Assembly (NCBI GenBank): GCA_044376115.1
Contig: JBILLK010000016.1
Coordinates: 1 to 64,000, forward strand
Reading direction: 5' to 3'
DNA length: 64,000 nt
Origin: Polyangiaceae bacterium
GTDB taxonomy: Bacteria > Myxococcota_A > Polyangia > Polyangiales > Polyangiaceae
Both the position numbers and the translations under genes were made by a program. The notes under the pieces are model-generated. The model had not been told where the DNA came from, ran no database searches, and saw only the letters and a list, made by a program, of their open reading frames with translations. Below are positions 44,497 to 54,047 of the stretch, piece after piece. Numbering within the stretch: the first letter of the stretch is position 1; every line of letters starts with the position of its first letter.

Positions 44497-44783
44497 TGCG
44501 GCGTCTTTCGTGCGCGCTCCTTCTTGGCGTCCTCGCCTGCGGAGATCCGCCGGAGAGCGGGGACGCTTGTTTGGGCGGCGGTGAGTGCACCGACGACTTG
44601 GTGTGTTTGTTTTCGGAGCAAGCCACCTCGGGAGAATGCACGCCGCTGCCAGCGGACTGCGCCGATTACCCCAAGTGCAACGACCCCTGCTTTGAGCCGT
44701 TCGTGCTCGCGAATTGCCCGGCTGGAGGCGAGTGCAGCTCGGTCAGCGGGCGAGTGACGGTGACGTGTAACGCGGCGCCTTGA
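44496..44783 (+). CDS. Small Cys-rich lipoprotein
   Basis: TGATG overlap with the upstream stop, VLAC lipobox, 10 further Cys. Confidence 0.65.
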   Translation: MRRLSCALLLGVLACGDPPESGDACLGGGECTDDLVCLFSEQATSGECTPLPADCADYPKCNDPCFEPFVLANCPAGGECSSVSGRVTVTCNAAP

Positions 44784-44795
44784 GCCGCGGTTGCT

Positions 44796-45608
44796 TCACT
44801 TCGAGCGCTTGAAGAAGGGCTCCTCGCCGGGCGGCGTTTTTCCGGTGCTCGGTGGGACCGGCGCTGCCGAGGCCTTTGCCGTAGCGACTGGCGCTTGAAC
44901 TGTTGCGGTAGTCGGGGGAAGCGGCTTTGCGGTTGGCTCGGGGTTGACTGTGGGCAGCGGCTGAGCGCTCGCTGTTGCAGCGGGCCCCGGCTCGACCGTC
45001 GGTGTTGGGGTGGGGGCAGGCGAGGTGGGCTGCGTCTCGGCAGTTGCAATCGCCGACGGGGTAGCGCCAGTCTTGGGGCTGCCGTTGAGCAGAATGAGTG
45101 CCAGCACGAGCACGACCAAGCCCAAGAGGCCGGCGGCGACGAACAGGCGAAGCGTTGCGCGAGGGAGACGGCGCTTGTCGCGAATCTCTTTACGAAGATC
45201 CTCGGCGAGAGCGTCTTGATAGATCGAGCGCTTGTAGGCCGAGATGTCGCCAAAGTCGACGTTGGGTGGCGGGCCGAGGTGAAGCCGAAGCCGCGCTTCC
45301 ATCAAGCGAGCGAAGTCAGCGGAGCCCACCTGCGCGCGTTTGATCGCCGCATCGTTGCTCTCCTTGGCGCGCATCCATTCGCCCTTGGGAATGCCGGCCT
45401 TCTCCCAGCCTGAGCGTGCATCCTCCTCACGGTCTTGCCAGTTCGGGAGGCCAGGCTGTGAGCCTTTATCCACGGTGGTGTCGGATCCCGTTTCGGCTTC
45501 GCTGCTACTCATCGCTGCCGCATCTCTTCCTGTCGTTGGGGACAAACGTACCCCGGAGGTTTCATTTTTCTCACCACCAGGGTCGGTTCGCGGCGCGTCC
45601 TCAGTCAT
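44796..45608 (-). CDS. Hypothetical single-pass membrane protein with Pro/Ala/Thr-rich C-terminus
   Basis: One TM (LFVAAGLLGLVVLVLALILL). Start re-chosen to avoid overlap with the divergent gene. Confidence 0.6.
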   Translation of the reverse strand: MTEDAPRTDPGGEKNETSGVRLSPTTGRDAAAMSSSEAETGSDTTVDKGSQPGLPNWQDREEDARSGWEKAGIPKGEWMRAKESNDAAIKRAQVGSADFARLMEARLRLHLGPPPNVDFGDISAYKRSIYQDALAEDLRKEIRDKRRLPRATLRLFVAAGLLGLVVLVLALILLNGSPKTGATPSAIATAETQPTSPAPTPTPTVEPGPAATASAQPLPTVNPEPTAKPLPPTTATVQAPVATAKASAAPVPPSTGKTPPGEEPFFKRSK

Positions 45609-45699
45609 GACCGTCGAAGCGTAGTGAATCCCGCGTGGAATGGCCAACCCCGCTCCCAGTCGGCTTGCTTTCCAGCCGCCGTCGCGCCACACCCGCCGC

Positions 45700-46623
45700 A
45701 TGCCGAAATCTCTGTGGGGCGCCGAACTCGAGCTTTCGGACGCACCCGTCCTTGGTTCCACCCTGTTCGTGGTGGACGGCAACAACCTCGCCTATCGCGC
45801 GTTCTACGCCCTACCTCCGGAGCTCGCGACCAAGTCCGGTGAGCCCACCAACGCGCTGCTCGGCTTCGCCAACATGCTCTTTCGCTTGGTGACCGACTAC
45901 AAGCCGAAGGCCGTGGTGGTGACCTGGGACAAGAAGCCCGCCCATCGCTTGGCAAGCCACGAGGGCTACAAAGCCGGGCGCAAGCCGATGCCCGACATCC
46001 TGCGTCAGCAGTTCCCGCACTTTGCGGGATTGGTGGCGGCCTTCGGCTATCCGAACGTGAGCGTGGAGGGCTGGGAGGCGGATGACGTAATGGCGACGCT
46101 GGCGGCAACCGCGGACACGTTGGCGATGAAGACCGTCGTCGTGTCCACCGACCGAGATGCGTTTCAGCTGGTGACCGAGAACGTCTCGTTGATGATGACG
46201 CCGCGAGGAGTAGCCGAGGTGCTTTGCTACACGCCGGAAAGAGTCAAAGCGCGTTACGGTCTCGAGCCGTTGCAGATCCCCGACTTCATCGCGCTCAAAG
46301 GCGACAGCTCCGACAACATCCCCAGCGTTCCGGGGTTTGGTGAGAAGACAGCCGCTGAGGCGCTGATGCGCTTCGGGTCGATTGAGCGGTTGATCGAGAA
46401 CGCCGACCAATTGCCGAAGGCGAAGCGCGCCGCGCTTCTGCAACACGCTGACCAGGCGCGCGCCTCCAAGGCGCTGTCGACCTTGAAGCGCGACCTCGAT
46501 TTGCCGGTGCAGCTCGAGGAGTTGGCGACGGTCAAACCGGACCGTTCGGGGCTGGCGGCGTTCTGTGAACGCTTTGAGTTCAAAAACATCCTCAATCGAA
46601 TGGCGCTGCTCGAGGCCAGCTGA
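45700..46623 (+). CDS. Stand-alone 5'-3' exonuclease/flap endonuclease (PolI N-terminal-like)
   Basis: VVDGNNLAYRAFYA, YKAGR, EADDV, STDRDAFQL and LKGDSSDNIPSVPGFGEKTA. No polymerase domain. Confidence 0.92.
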   Translation: MPKSLWGAELELSDAPVLGSTLFVVDGNNLAYRAFYALPPELATKSGEPTNALLGFANMLFRLVTDYKPKAVVVTWDKKPAHRLASHEGYKAGRKPMPDILRQQFPHFAGLVAAFGYPNVSVEGWEADDVMATLAATADTLAMKTVVVSTDRDAFQLVTENVSLMMTPRGVAEVLCYTPERVKARYGLEPLQIPDFIALKGDSSDNIPSVPGFGEKTAAEALMRFGSIERLIENADQLPKAKRAALLQHADQARASKALSTLKRDLDLPVQLEELATVKPDRSGLAAFCERFEFKNILNRMALLEAS

Positions 46624-46711
46624 GAACGAAATGAGATCGGGAAGCGGCATGGTCATGCGTGCGTTGTGCGACCGATTGACAGCCTTACCGGTCCTGAGGA
46701 GCATCCCTTCG

Positions 46712-47971
46712 ATGGTTTGCCTACGCGCGTTCATGCGGTCGAGTCTGTGTCTCGTGATGTTGTGTTGCGGAGGGGGAGGCGAGGGAAGCGCAAGTTCGAG
46801 CGCGAGCGCGGCGAGCAGTAACCGCTCGGCCGCGAGTCCGGCCTCGGCGAGCTCGGCGCCGTCTGGGCCGGCGTCGTCGTCGGCGCGCGCCTCAGCAAGC
46901 GCCGCAGCGGCGCCGGGGATGGCGCACCTCAAGTTCCTCGCCGAAGGTCGAAAGCTGTCGAAGGAGAAGCAATACAAGCAGGCGATCGCCGAGTTCGACA
47001 AGGCGCTGCTCACCGCACCCAACGACGCCCGCGTGCTGGCGGAGATCGGCTATGCGGCGCTGCTCGACAAGGACCTCGCTCGCTCGGAAGCGGCGAGTGA
47101 GAAGGCGCTCATCAGCTCCAGCGACCCCAAGCTCCGCGCCCAGGTGCTTTACAACCTCGGCCGCGTCGCCGAGGCGCGCGAAGACAAAGCTCTGGCGGCG
47201 AAGCACTACAAGCAATCCTTGCAGCTGCGTGAGAACGGCGAGGTCAGCAAACGATTGGCCGCGCTTGGCGGCACTGCAACCGAAGCGCCCTCCGCTTGCG
47301 ATCAGGCTTTTCCGTCGATTGAGGCGCTGTGCAGTTGTCAGATCAAGCGCGAAGACCTGTTGATCGCCAGCAGCCCGAAGCGCTGCCAGCCGCTCAAGCT
47401 CGACTTTGCCGAGAAGCGGCTCTCGGTGATCGAGGTGTCGGCGGAAACGGTGGGCGTGGAGGCGAGCAAGCTGCTCGTTGCCAAGGACGCTGACGGTTTC
47501 CGCGTCGTCGCTGAGGTTGGCAGCACGTACGTGCCCGGCGCGTTTGGCGTGAACAACGAGTCCACGGTGAAATCTGCAACCGGCAAGAAGCTGAAGCAGT
47601 TCACCGTGGTCGAGGTCATTCACGTGCAGGAGAACCACGACTCGAATCTGGCTGGGCTCGAGGTCTGTCACGAGGCGTACGAGGTGCACACGCTTTGCGT
47701 CCTCGACGAGAAGGCCCCAACGCGTTGTGTGCTCGCCATTCCAGTCGAATCGTCGGTCGGTTGTGGGCCGGGCGCCGAGCCGGATCCCAAAGAGAGCGAC
47801 GCTGCTATCTTAGCGATGGCCAAGAGCGCGAAGGACGGAGCCTACAAGCACGAGGCAAAGACCTCGTTCAGCTGGGATGAAAATGGCGAACTCACGGTGA
47901 AGCTCGAAAGCGGAGACGCCACCATGCTGCCCAAGTCTCTGCTTGGTAAGCACGCGCTCTTGGCGCCGTGA
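46712..47971 (+). CDS. Exported TPR-repeat protein (probable lipoprotein)
   Basis: Ser/Ala linker, three TPR-like repeats (AQVLYNLGRVAE), Cys-containing C-terminal domain. Confidence 0.75.
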   Translation: MVCLRAFMRSSLCLVMLCCGGGGEGSASSSASAASSNRSAASPASASSAPSGPASSSARASASAAAAPGMAHLKFLAEGRKLSKEKQYKQAIAEFDKALLTAPNDARVLAEIGYAALLDKDLARSEAASEKALISSSDPKLRAQVLYNLGRVAEAREDKALAAKHYKQSLQLRENGEVSKRLAALGGTATEAPSACDQAFPSIEALCSCQIKREDLLIASSPKRCQPLKLDFAEKRLSVIEVSAETVGVEASKLLVAKDADGFRVVAEVGSTYVPGAFGVNNESTVKSATGKKLKQFTVVEVIHVQENHDSNLAGLEVCHEAYEVHTLCVLDEKAPTRCVLAIPVESSVGCGPGAEPDPKESDAAILAMAKSAKDGAYKHEAKTSFSWDENGELTVKLESGDATMLPKSLLGKHALLAP

Positions 47972-48050
47972 GCCAAGCGGTTGATTTGGGTCGCTGCGCC
48001 TTGAGTGCGCGACGAATCATTGGCACCGTCTGCGCTTCTGGGAGGCGACC

Positions 48051-48689
48051 ATGAAGTTTTTCTACAATCCGATCTCGACGTACTCGCAAAAGGCGCTGAT
48101 GGCCCTGTTGGAGAAGGGCGTTTCCTTCGAGCCGCAGGTGGTGAACTTGATGTCGCCTGAGGCTCGTACGGCCTACGAGGCGCTCTACCCGCTGGGAAAA
48201 ATCCCGCTGCTCGTCGATGACGACGGGACGTTGCTTCCGGAGTCGTCAGCCATCATCGAGTTTCTCGAGCTGCGTTTTGCCGGCCAGGGTACGCGTTTGC
48301 TGCCTGCTGACCCGCGTGCCGCCATCGAGGCCAGGCGTTGGGATCGTTTTGCGGACGCTATGTTGAATGAGCCGATGGGCAAGATCTTCTTCGACGGGCG
48401 ACGGCCTGTTGAGCAACGTGACCCGGCGGGCGTCAAAGACGCGTTCGCTACGGTGCAAAAGGGCATGGCCTACCTCGACGCGCACCTGGCGAAGAACACC
48501 TGGCTCGCCGGCGAGTTCTCCCTCGCTGACTGCTCTGCGGCGCCGCCGCTCTTCTACTTGAAGAACGTTGCTCCGTACGAGAGCTTCAAGAATGTGACGG
48601 CGTATGCGTCGCGTTTGCTCGAGCGGCCCTCGTATTTGAAGGTCATGTCCGAAGCGATGCCCATCCTGAAAGCGATGATGGGCGGCTGA
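48051..48689 (+). CDS. Glutathione S-transferase family protein
   Basis: GGAGG RBS, PLGKIPLL, LPESSAIIEFL and WLAGEFSLAD. Confidence 0.93.
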   Translation: MKFFYNPISTYSQKALMALLEKGVSFEPQVVNLMSPEARTAYEALYPLGKIPLLVDDDGTLLPESSAIIEFLELRFAGQGTRLLPADPRAAIEARRWDRFADAMLNEPMGKIFFDGRRPVEQRDPAGVKDAFATVQKGMAYLDAHLAKNTWLAGEFSLADCSAAPPLFYLKNVAPYESFKNVTAYASRLLERPSYLKVMSEAMPILKAMMGG

Positions 48690-48733
48690 GAGCCGTTCGA
48701 GGTTGATGCAAATCAGCCGGACAATGGACGAAG

Positions 48734-48764
48734 AAAGGCCGAGCTCCGTGGGAGCTCGGCCTTT
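48734..48764. terminator. Bidirectional terminator-like hairpin between convergent genes
   Basis: AAAGGCCGAGCTCC-gtg-GGAGCTCGGCCTTT, a perfect 14-bp stem. Confidence 0.85.
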
Positions 48765-48789
48765 GTCGTTGGGCAACGAGGTGCGAGGG

Positions 48790-50382
48790 TTAGAAGGATT
48801 GGTCGCAAGCGTCGAAGACGCCCGACGGGAGAAAGCGGGCGCGGACACAGACGAGGCCGGGCTGGCCGTTCGGCGCGGTCAGGCCGCCCGAGGTCGCGCC
48901 CATTCCGCCCATCGCGGGGGGATTGGTGTTCTGGCTGTTCTGCATGGTCAGCGGGTCAGCGAAGACCTCGCCTCCGACCTGAGCGATGAGCACCGATGGG
49001 CCGCCAGCTCCGCCTGCGCCGGGGCCGCCAGCTCCGCCTGCGCCGCCGTCTCCGCCAGCGCAACCAGTGCTCGGGGACGATTGCCCACCTTTACCAGCGA
49101 GACCGCCTGATGCGCCTGCTAGTCCGTTTGCGCCCGCTCCTCCAGGGGCTCCGTTCATCGTGACGTTGACCAAGTCCAGCGTCGCGTTGAAGGAAACGAT
49201 GGCTGCGCTGGCTCCACCGTTCTTACCTCCCGGCCCGCCGCCTCCGCCGCAGGCACCTGAGCCCCCGCCGCCACCGCTGCGTCCAACGATCGCGGCGCTG
49301 CCACCGCCGCCACCGCTACCCGGGGTACCAGGCTGGCCGTCCCCACCAACGCTCGGCTGATACCCATCCATGGTAAAGATTCCGACCACTGGCGCCTCCG
49401 TCCCGCGCGCCCCAGTAATCCCAGCTCCCCCCACACTACCGGCGTTGCACATTCCTCCATTGCTCACGCCTCCGGTCCCCCCGTTCGGGCCTAGTCCCGG
49501 CGCGCCGGTCAATCCAACGTTGCAGGTTGAGCCGTTTCCTCCGGATACGTTGACCAAGCCGCACGTTTGCGCGCCCCCGAGAGCGGTCTGAGCGCAAGCG
49601 GCGGTCGCGTTCTGGCCGTCGTTGCCGTCTATGCCCTGCGTTGGGTTTGCGCCTTGAAAGTCGGTTTCCCCCGCTGCAGCGATGACCCCCGAGTTCTGAA
49701 GACGGACATTCCCGCCAACGATCACGACCGTCACCGAACTGCCGTTCAACGGGCCGGCAACATCGATGAGCAGGGAGTCGAGCAGAACGTCTTCGTTGGG
49801 CCCGAGGTTGAGGCGCAGGGTCGGCCCTGGTGCGGTTGGTCGCAGGGTGGTCCGTGTTCCATCAGCCGACCAGGTCTCGGTGAGCCCACCGTAGACAGCA
49901 CCTCCCTTGGTTTTCACCGGGTTGCCATCGACGTTTCCCGTCTTCACGTAAATCGACTGGCCGGGCGCCTGCGCGTCGAAGGCCTCCTGCAAGGTCCTGA
50001 ACGGGGCGCTCTTGGTCCCATCTCCGCCTGTGGGTGCTCCAGCGACAACGAACAACCCACAATCCGCTCCCACCGTTTGCGAGGGGTCGCCCACGGTAAA
50101 GGTCGTTGGATCGCACTCGTCGACGGTGGTGCCGCCGCCTTGCCCGCCCTCGCCGCCAAGCCCACCGCTGCCACCGGGCCCGCCGCTTCCACCAAGCCCG
50201 CCGTTCCCACCGTCTCCGCCTTGTCCACCGCTGTTGGCGCCGCCCGTTGCTGGCCCGGCGCCTGTTGCCTCTCCGCCCGTTGCGCCGGCGCCAGTGAGCT
50301 GGCCCTCTTCAATACCGAAGATCAAGTTGCAGCCAGAAAGTCCGAGTCCGAGAACGGCAGGCAAAAGCAGGCAAGCTCGCAT
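48790..50382 (-). CDS. Gly-rich (PGRS-like) lipoprotein with DUF1565-like beta-helix entry motif
   Basis: LSGC lipobox, GDGTKSAPFRTLQEA, VYGG and long GGxG repeats. Confidence 0.75.
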   Translation of the reverse strand: MRACLLLPAVLGLGLSGCNLIFGIEEGQLTGAGATGGEATGAGPATGGANSGGQGGDGGNGGLGGSGGPGGSGGLGGEGGQGGGTTVDECDPTTFTVGDPSQTVGADCGLFVVAGAPTGGDGTKSAPFRTLQEAFDAQAPGQSIYVKTGNVDGNPVKTKGGAVYGGLTETWSADGTRTTLRPTAPGPTLRLNLGPNEDVLLDSLLIDVAGPLNGSSVTVVIVGGNVRLQNSGVIAAAGETDFQGANPTQGIDGNDGQNATAACAQTALGGAQTCGLVNVSGGNGSTCNVGLTGAPGLGPNGGTGGVSNGGMCNAGSVGGAGITGARGTEAPVVGIFTMDGYQPSVGGDGQPGTPGSGGGGGSAAIVGRSGGGGGSGACGGGGGPGGKNGGASAAIVSFNATLDLVNVTMNGAPGGAGANGLAGASGGLAGKGGQSSPSTGCAGGDGGAGGAGGPGAGGAGGPSVLIAQVGGEVFADPLTMQNSQNTNPPAMGGMGATSGGLTAPNGQPGLVCVRARFLPSGVFDACDQSF

Positions 50383-50461
50383 GCGAAGAAGTTTGTCCTA
50401 GTTCGGCGAGCCTTACCAGTGCCAGCTTCCTACGCTGGCCGCTGCTTGATAGAGTCCGCCC

Positions 50462-52588
50462 ATGGCTTTCATCTTTCAGGCGCGGGGGCTCGCCTCGAGA
50501 TTGCTGCTTCCGTCAGCGACCCTTCTGCTTGCAGCGTGTTCGCTGATCAACGCTCCCGATGAAGTGAAGCCCGGCAGCGGGGCTGGCGGTAGCGGTGCCA
50601 CCGGCGGTGGAGGCAACGGCGGCGGCGGCGGTGCGGGTGCCGGCGGCTCCGGCGGCATGACCGCCTGTACCGGCAACGAGGAGTGCGCGAGCTTGACCAC
50701 CGCCTGCGCGACCGGTGAATGTTCGGACGGGAGCTGCGTTGCAACCCCGCGGCCGGCGGGCACCGAGTGCGGCGCAGCGGCGGGGCAATGTGACTTGGCG
50801 GACACTTGTGATGGCGCCGGTCAATGCAGCGTCAACTTCCAACCCAACGGCAGCTACTGCAGCGATTGTCCTGCGGGGCTTGGCAATTGCGCCGCCTGCA
50901 ACGCAGGCGTGTGCGGCGACTGTTCCGGCCGCGCGACGCTCAAGACCTTCCGTCATCCGCTCAGCACCAGCGGCTGGACCTTGACCGGCGGCTGGAAGAT
51001 TTACGCTGAGACGCCGCCAGAGAGCGAGAAGGCGTTCAACGGCGGCTGCGACAACGGTATCGACGATGACGGCGATGGGATGACCGACCTCGCCGATCCT
51101 GGCTGTGACGACCGAGGCGACCAAAGTGAGTTCCAACCCAGCGTCTGCGCCGACGGCAACGACAACGACGGTGACACGCTGACCGATCTGGCCGACCCCG
51201 ATTGTTCTTCGATCGGCGATGACAACGAACGCTTCACTGGGCCGATCGCCTTCGATCACCCGGTGCTTGGCACCGACGGGAATCGCAAGGCACCCTATGG
51301 TTACTTCCTTCAACCCCCTCCTGGCATTCCAGGGGGCGCTGAGCTCGAGCAGTCCTCGGCGACGAGCCCCGCCACGCTGATCCCAACGCAGCTCGAGTTC
51401 CTCTCCTGGAGTATGGATGAGGGCAGCAACTTTGACCTCAAAGCGGTTCAACTTTCGCTTGATGGCACGAGCTTCACCACCATCGCGATCTGCCCGCAGG
51501 GGCAGCCCGGCGCCTTCCCGTTCTGCCAACCGTCCAATCAGTTTTCGCCCAAGCCGCCCGATGCCTGGGACGTCGTGACTCTCCCGGTCCCGCAGGACTT
51601 CCAAGGGCAGATCGGGTTCGTGCGCTTCGTGCTCGACACCAAAGACGCTTGCTGCGAGTGGGAGCGCGGCTGGTACGTTGACGCGCTCAACTTTGCCCAG
51701 GATTGCGCCTGCGCAGCCAACGCCGATTGCAGCTTCCTCGATTCGGGCTGTGCCACCGGCGAGTGCGACCAAAGCAACAAAGAATGCACCCTCGCAGCGC
51801 AAGCGGAGGGCACAGCTTGTGCGGGTCCGGAAGACGCCGGTTGCGGCCAATCGGAGTGCGATGAACACGGCTTTTGCAACGCCAACGAGGTCGCCTTCGA
51901 CGGGGACAGCTGTTCGAGCTGTGATACCGAGCCGTGCGATGCGTGTGCGGCGTCGCAATGCCTCGAGTGCCCAGCGGTTCAGACCGTCGACTTCCTCTCG
52001 CTCAACAACTTCGTCTTCAGCGGGGACTTCGGCTCCGCCAGCTGTCTATCGGCGAATTCAGTGACGCCTGCGGAGACACCCTGCTTCCCGAGTAGCCCCG
52101 ACCTGGGCCAGCCGATGTTCGCGCCCGTGCTTGGCAGCAACGGCTCGCGCACCGGCATCTTTCCCTACGCCGGCCAGTCTGAAATCCGCAACTCCTCGAT
52201 GCGTACGGCTCCGACGTTCATTCCCACGGCTTTGACCTTCCGCAGCTGGCACCAAGATCGCGGTGGCAACGACACCTTCGTTCCGCGCGATACAAAGCTG
52301 ATTCGCGTCTCGGTCGATGGCGGTAACCAATGGACCACGGTGCTGAACTGCGACGGCAACACGACCACGCCGTTCTGCATTCCGTCGCCTCCCAACGTCA
52401 ACCGCGCGCTCGATCAGTGGGACGACATCTCGCTGCCCATCCCTGCCAACTTGCAGGGCCAGAACGGCATCTTCGAGTTCTCTTACAACACCGTTGATTC
52501 AGGAGCGGGCTGGGAGCGCGGTTGGTATGTGGACGACCTCAACATCAATCGCTGTGATTGCATCTTTGAGTGCTCAGTTGCGAACTAG
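50462..52588 (+). CDS. Large Cys-rich lipoprotein with disintegrin-like, DxDxDG and duplicated beta-sandwich modules
   Basis: LAAC lipobox, CDLADTCDG, two C.(N/D)G.D.DGD..TDLADP.C repeats, two modules ending WERGWYVD.LN. Confidence 0.8.
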   Translation: MAFIFQARGLASRLLLPSATLLLAACSLINAPDEVKPGSGAGGSGATGGGGNGGGGGAGAGGSGGMTACTGNEECASLTTACATGECSDGSCVATPRPAGTECGAAAGQCDLADTCDGAGQCSVNFQPNGSYCSDCPAGLGNCAACNAGVCGDCSGRATLKTFRHPLSTSGWTLTGGWKIYAETPPESEKAFNGGCDNGIDDDGDGMTDLADPGCDDRGDQSEFQPSVCADGNDNDGDTLTDLADPDCSSIGDDNERFTGPIAFDHPVLGTDGNRKAPYGYFLQPPPGIPGGAELEQSSATSPATLIPTQLEFLSWSMDEGSNFDLKAVQLSLDGTSFTTIAICPQGQPGAFPFCQPSNQFSPKPPDAWDVVTLPVPQDFQGQIGFVRFVLDTKDACCEWERGWYVDALNFAQDCACAANADCSFLDSGCATGECDQSNKECTLAAQAEGTACAGPEDAGCGQSECDEHGFCNANEVAFDGDSCSSCDTEPCDACAASQCLECPAVQTVDFLSLNNFVFSGDFGSASCLSANSVTPAETPCFPSSPDLGQPMFAPVLGSNGSRTGIFPYAGQSEIRNSSMRTAPTFIPTALTFRSWHQDRGGNDTFVPRDTKLIRVSVDGGNQWTTVLNCDGNTTTPFCIPSPPNVNRALDQWDDISLPIPANLQGQNGIFEFSYNTVDSGAGWERGWYVDDLNINRCDCIFECSVAN

Positions 52589-53063
52589 CTGGATCTGTCT
52601 CGTCCTGCTTTGTGCCGCGTGTTCGAGCGAGCCGGCTCCGGCCGGCTCGGCGAAGACGTCGGCGGCGCCCGCTGCAGCCTCAAGTGCGGCGCCGCCTCCC
52701 GCCGTCTCCAGCTCGCCTGCGGCCTCCTCGCCCGGTAAGGACTTCGTCGCGGGGCAGCAGGTGCAGGTCACATGGAAGGGCGCCGACCGCGCAAGCAAGA
52801 GCGTCAAGCGCTCGAAGGACGAGGCGAAGAAGCTCGCGACCGAAGTGCTGGAGCGCGCCAAGAAAGGCGAGGACTTCGTCAAGTTGGCGAAGGAGTACTC
52901 GGACGATCCGGACGCAAAAGACCGCGACGGCAGCGTTGGTACAGTCAAACGCGACGACGGCAAGCTGCCGGTCTACCAGCAGCTTTTCGACCTGAAGGTT
53001 GGCGAGCTGAGCTCGGTGATCGAGGCCAAGACCGGCTTCTACGTGCTCAAGCGAACGCAGTAA
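52578..53063 (+). CDS. Parvulin (PpiC-type) peptidyl-prolyl isomerase lipoprotein
   Basis: RSKDEAKKLA, GEDFVKLAKEYSDD, LKVGELSSVIE...GFYVLKR. TTG start inferred. Confidence 0.8.
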   Translation: MRTSWICLVLLCAACSSEPAPAGSAKTSAAPAAASSAAPPPAVSSSPAASSPGKDFVAGQQVQVTWKGADRASKSVKRSKDEAKKLATEVLERAKKGEDFVKLAKEYSDDPDAKDRDGSVGTVKRDDGKLPVYQQLFDLKVGELSSVIEAKTGFYVLKRTQ

Positions 53064-54038
53064 CTACCAACGAAGGACGAGCTTGCCTTTGACGGCTCGC
53101 CCTTCCATCAGCTCGAGCGCAGCGCGCGCCTCGGTCATCGGCAGCACCCGATCGATCGCGGGCTTCAACTTGCCTGCAGCGATCTCAGCAAAGATGCGTT
53201 CGGCGTGGGCGCGATTGCGCTCCGGCTCACGCACCGCGAACGAGCCCCAAAACACGCCCACGATCTGGCAGCCTTTGAGCAGCGTCAGGTTGAGCGGGAT
53301 CTTGGGGATCTCCCCCGAGGCAAAGCCAACCACGAGATAGCGCCCCTTCCACGCGATCGAGCGCAGCGCCGGCTCGGCGTATTTTCCACCGACTGCGTCG
53401 TAGATGAGGTCGGCGCCGTTACCGCCGGTCAAGGTGCGGACGCGCTCCTTCAGATCCTCACTCGAATAAAGGATCGTTTCGTCGGCGCCCATCGCACGGC
53501 AGTGCGCGAGCTTCTCCTCGCTGCTCGCAGCGGCGATCACGCGCGCCCCGAGCAGCTTCCCCAGCTCAATGGCCGCTGTCCCAACGCCGCCTGCAGCGCC
53601 GAGCACGAGCAACGTTTCGCCTGCGCGCAGCTCCGCCCGATCGACGAGCGCATGCATGGTGGTTGCGTAGGTCAACAAGGCTGCCGCCGCCGTCTCGAAG
53701 GGCACTGCATCCGGTAGCTTGACGAAGGTTGCCTCGTTGGCCGCCACGCGCTCGGCAAACGCGCCGTTGACCATCGTCCCAGCGACGCGGTCTCCGACGG
53801 CAAAGCTCGTTACGCCGGGGCCAACGGCTTTCACGATCCCGGCCAATTCGCCGCCGAGGGTGAACGGCGGCTCCGGTTTGAACTGGTACTTGCCGTACGA
53901 AAGCAGCACGTCCGGAAAGTTGAGCGACCCAGCGTGGACCTCCACCAGGACTTCTCCGGAGGAGACGCTGGGCTCAGCGACAGTCGTGATCTCAGTTCCT
54001 TGGGGACCAATCAGCTGACATTGGGTTACGGCGCGCAC
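53064..54038 (-). CDS. NADPH:quinone oxidoreductase (MDR/zeta-crystallin family)
   Basis: LNFPD...GKYQ, LVLGAAGGVG and VVGFASGEIP. Confidence 0.93.
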   Translation of the reverse strand: MRAVTQCQLIGPQGTEITTVAEPSVSSGEVLVEVHAGSLNFPDVLLSYGKYQFKPEPPFTLGGELAGIVKAVGPGVTSFAVGDRVAGTMVNGAFAERVAANEATFVKLPDAVPFETAAAALLTYATTMHALVDRAELRAGETLLVLGAAGGVGTAAIELGKLLGARVIAAASSEEKLAHCRAMGADETILYSSEDLKERVRTLTGGNGADLIYDAVGGKYAEPALRSIAWKGRYLVVGFASGEIPKIPLNLTLLKGCQIVGVFWGSFAVREPERNRAHAERIFAEIAAGKLKPAIDRVLPMTEARAALELMEGRAVKGKLVLRW

Positions 54039-54047
54039 GCCTGCACT

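Noticed and set aside
45700..46623. Truncated polA pseudogene
   Set aside because: Clean stop, intact motifs and no polymerase remnants downstream. Stand-alone flap endonucleases are common.
48021..48036. Second sigma54-like motif before the GST gene
   Set aside because: The -12 element is poor (GCGC) and the implied start would leave no room for the RBS.
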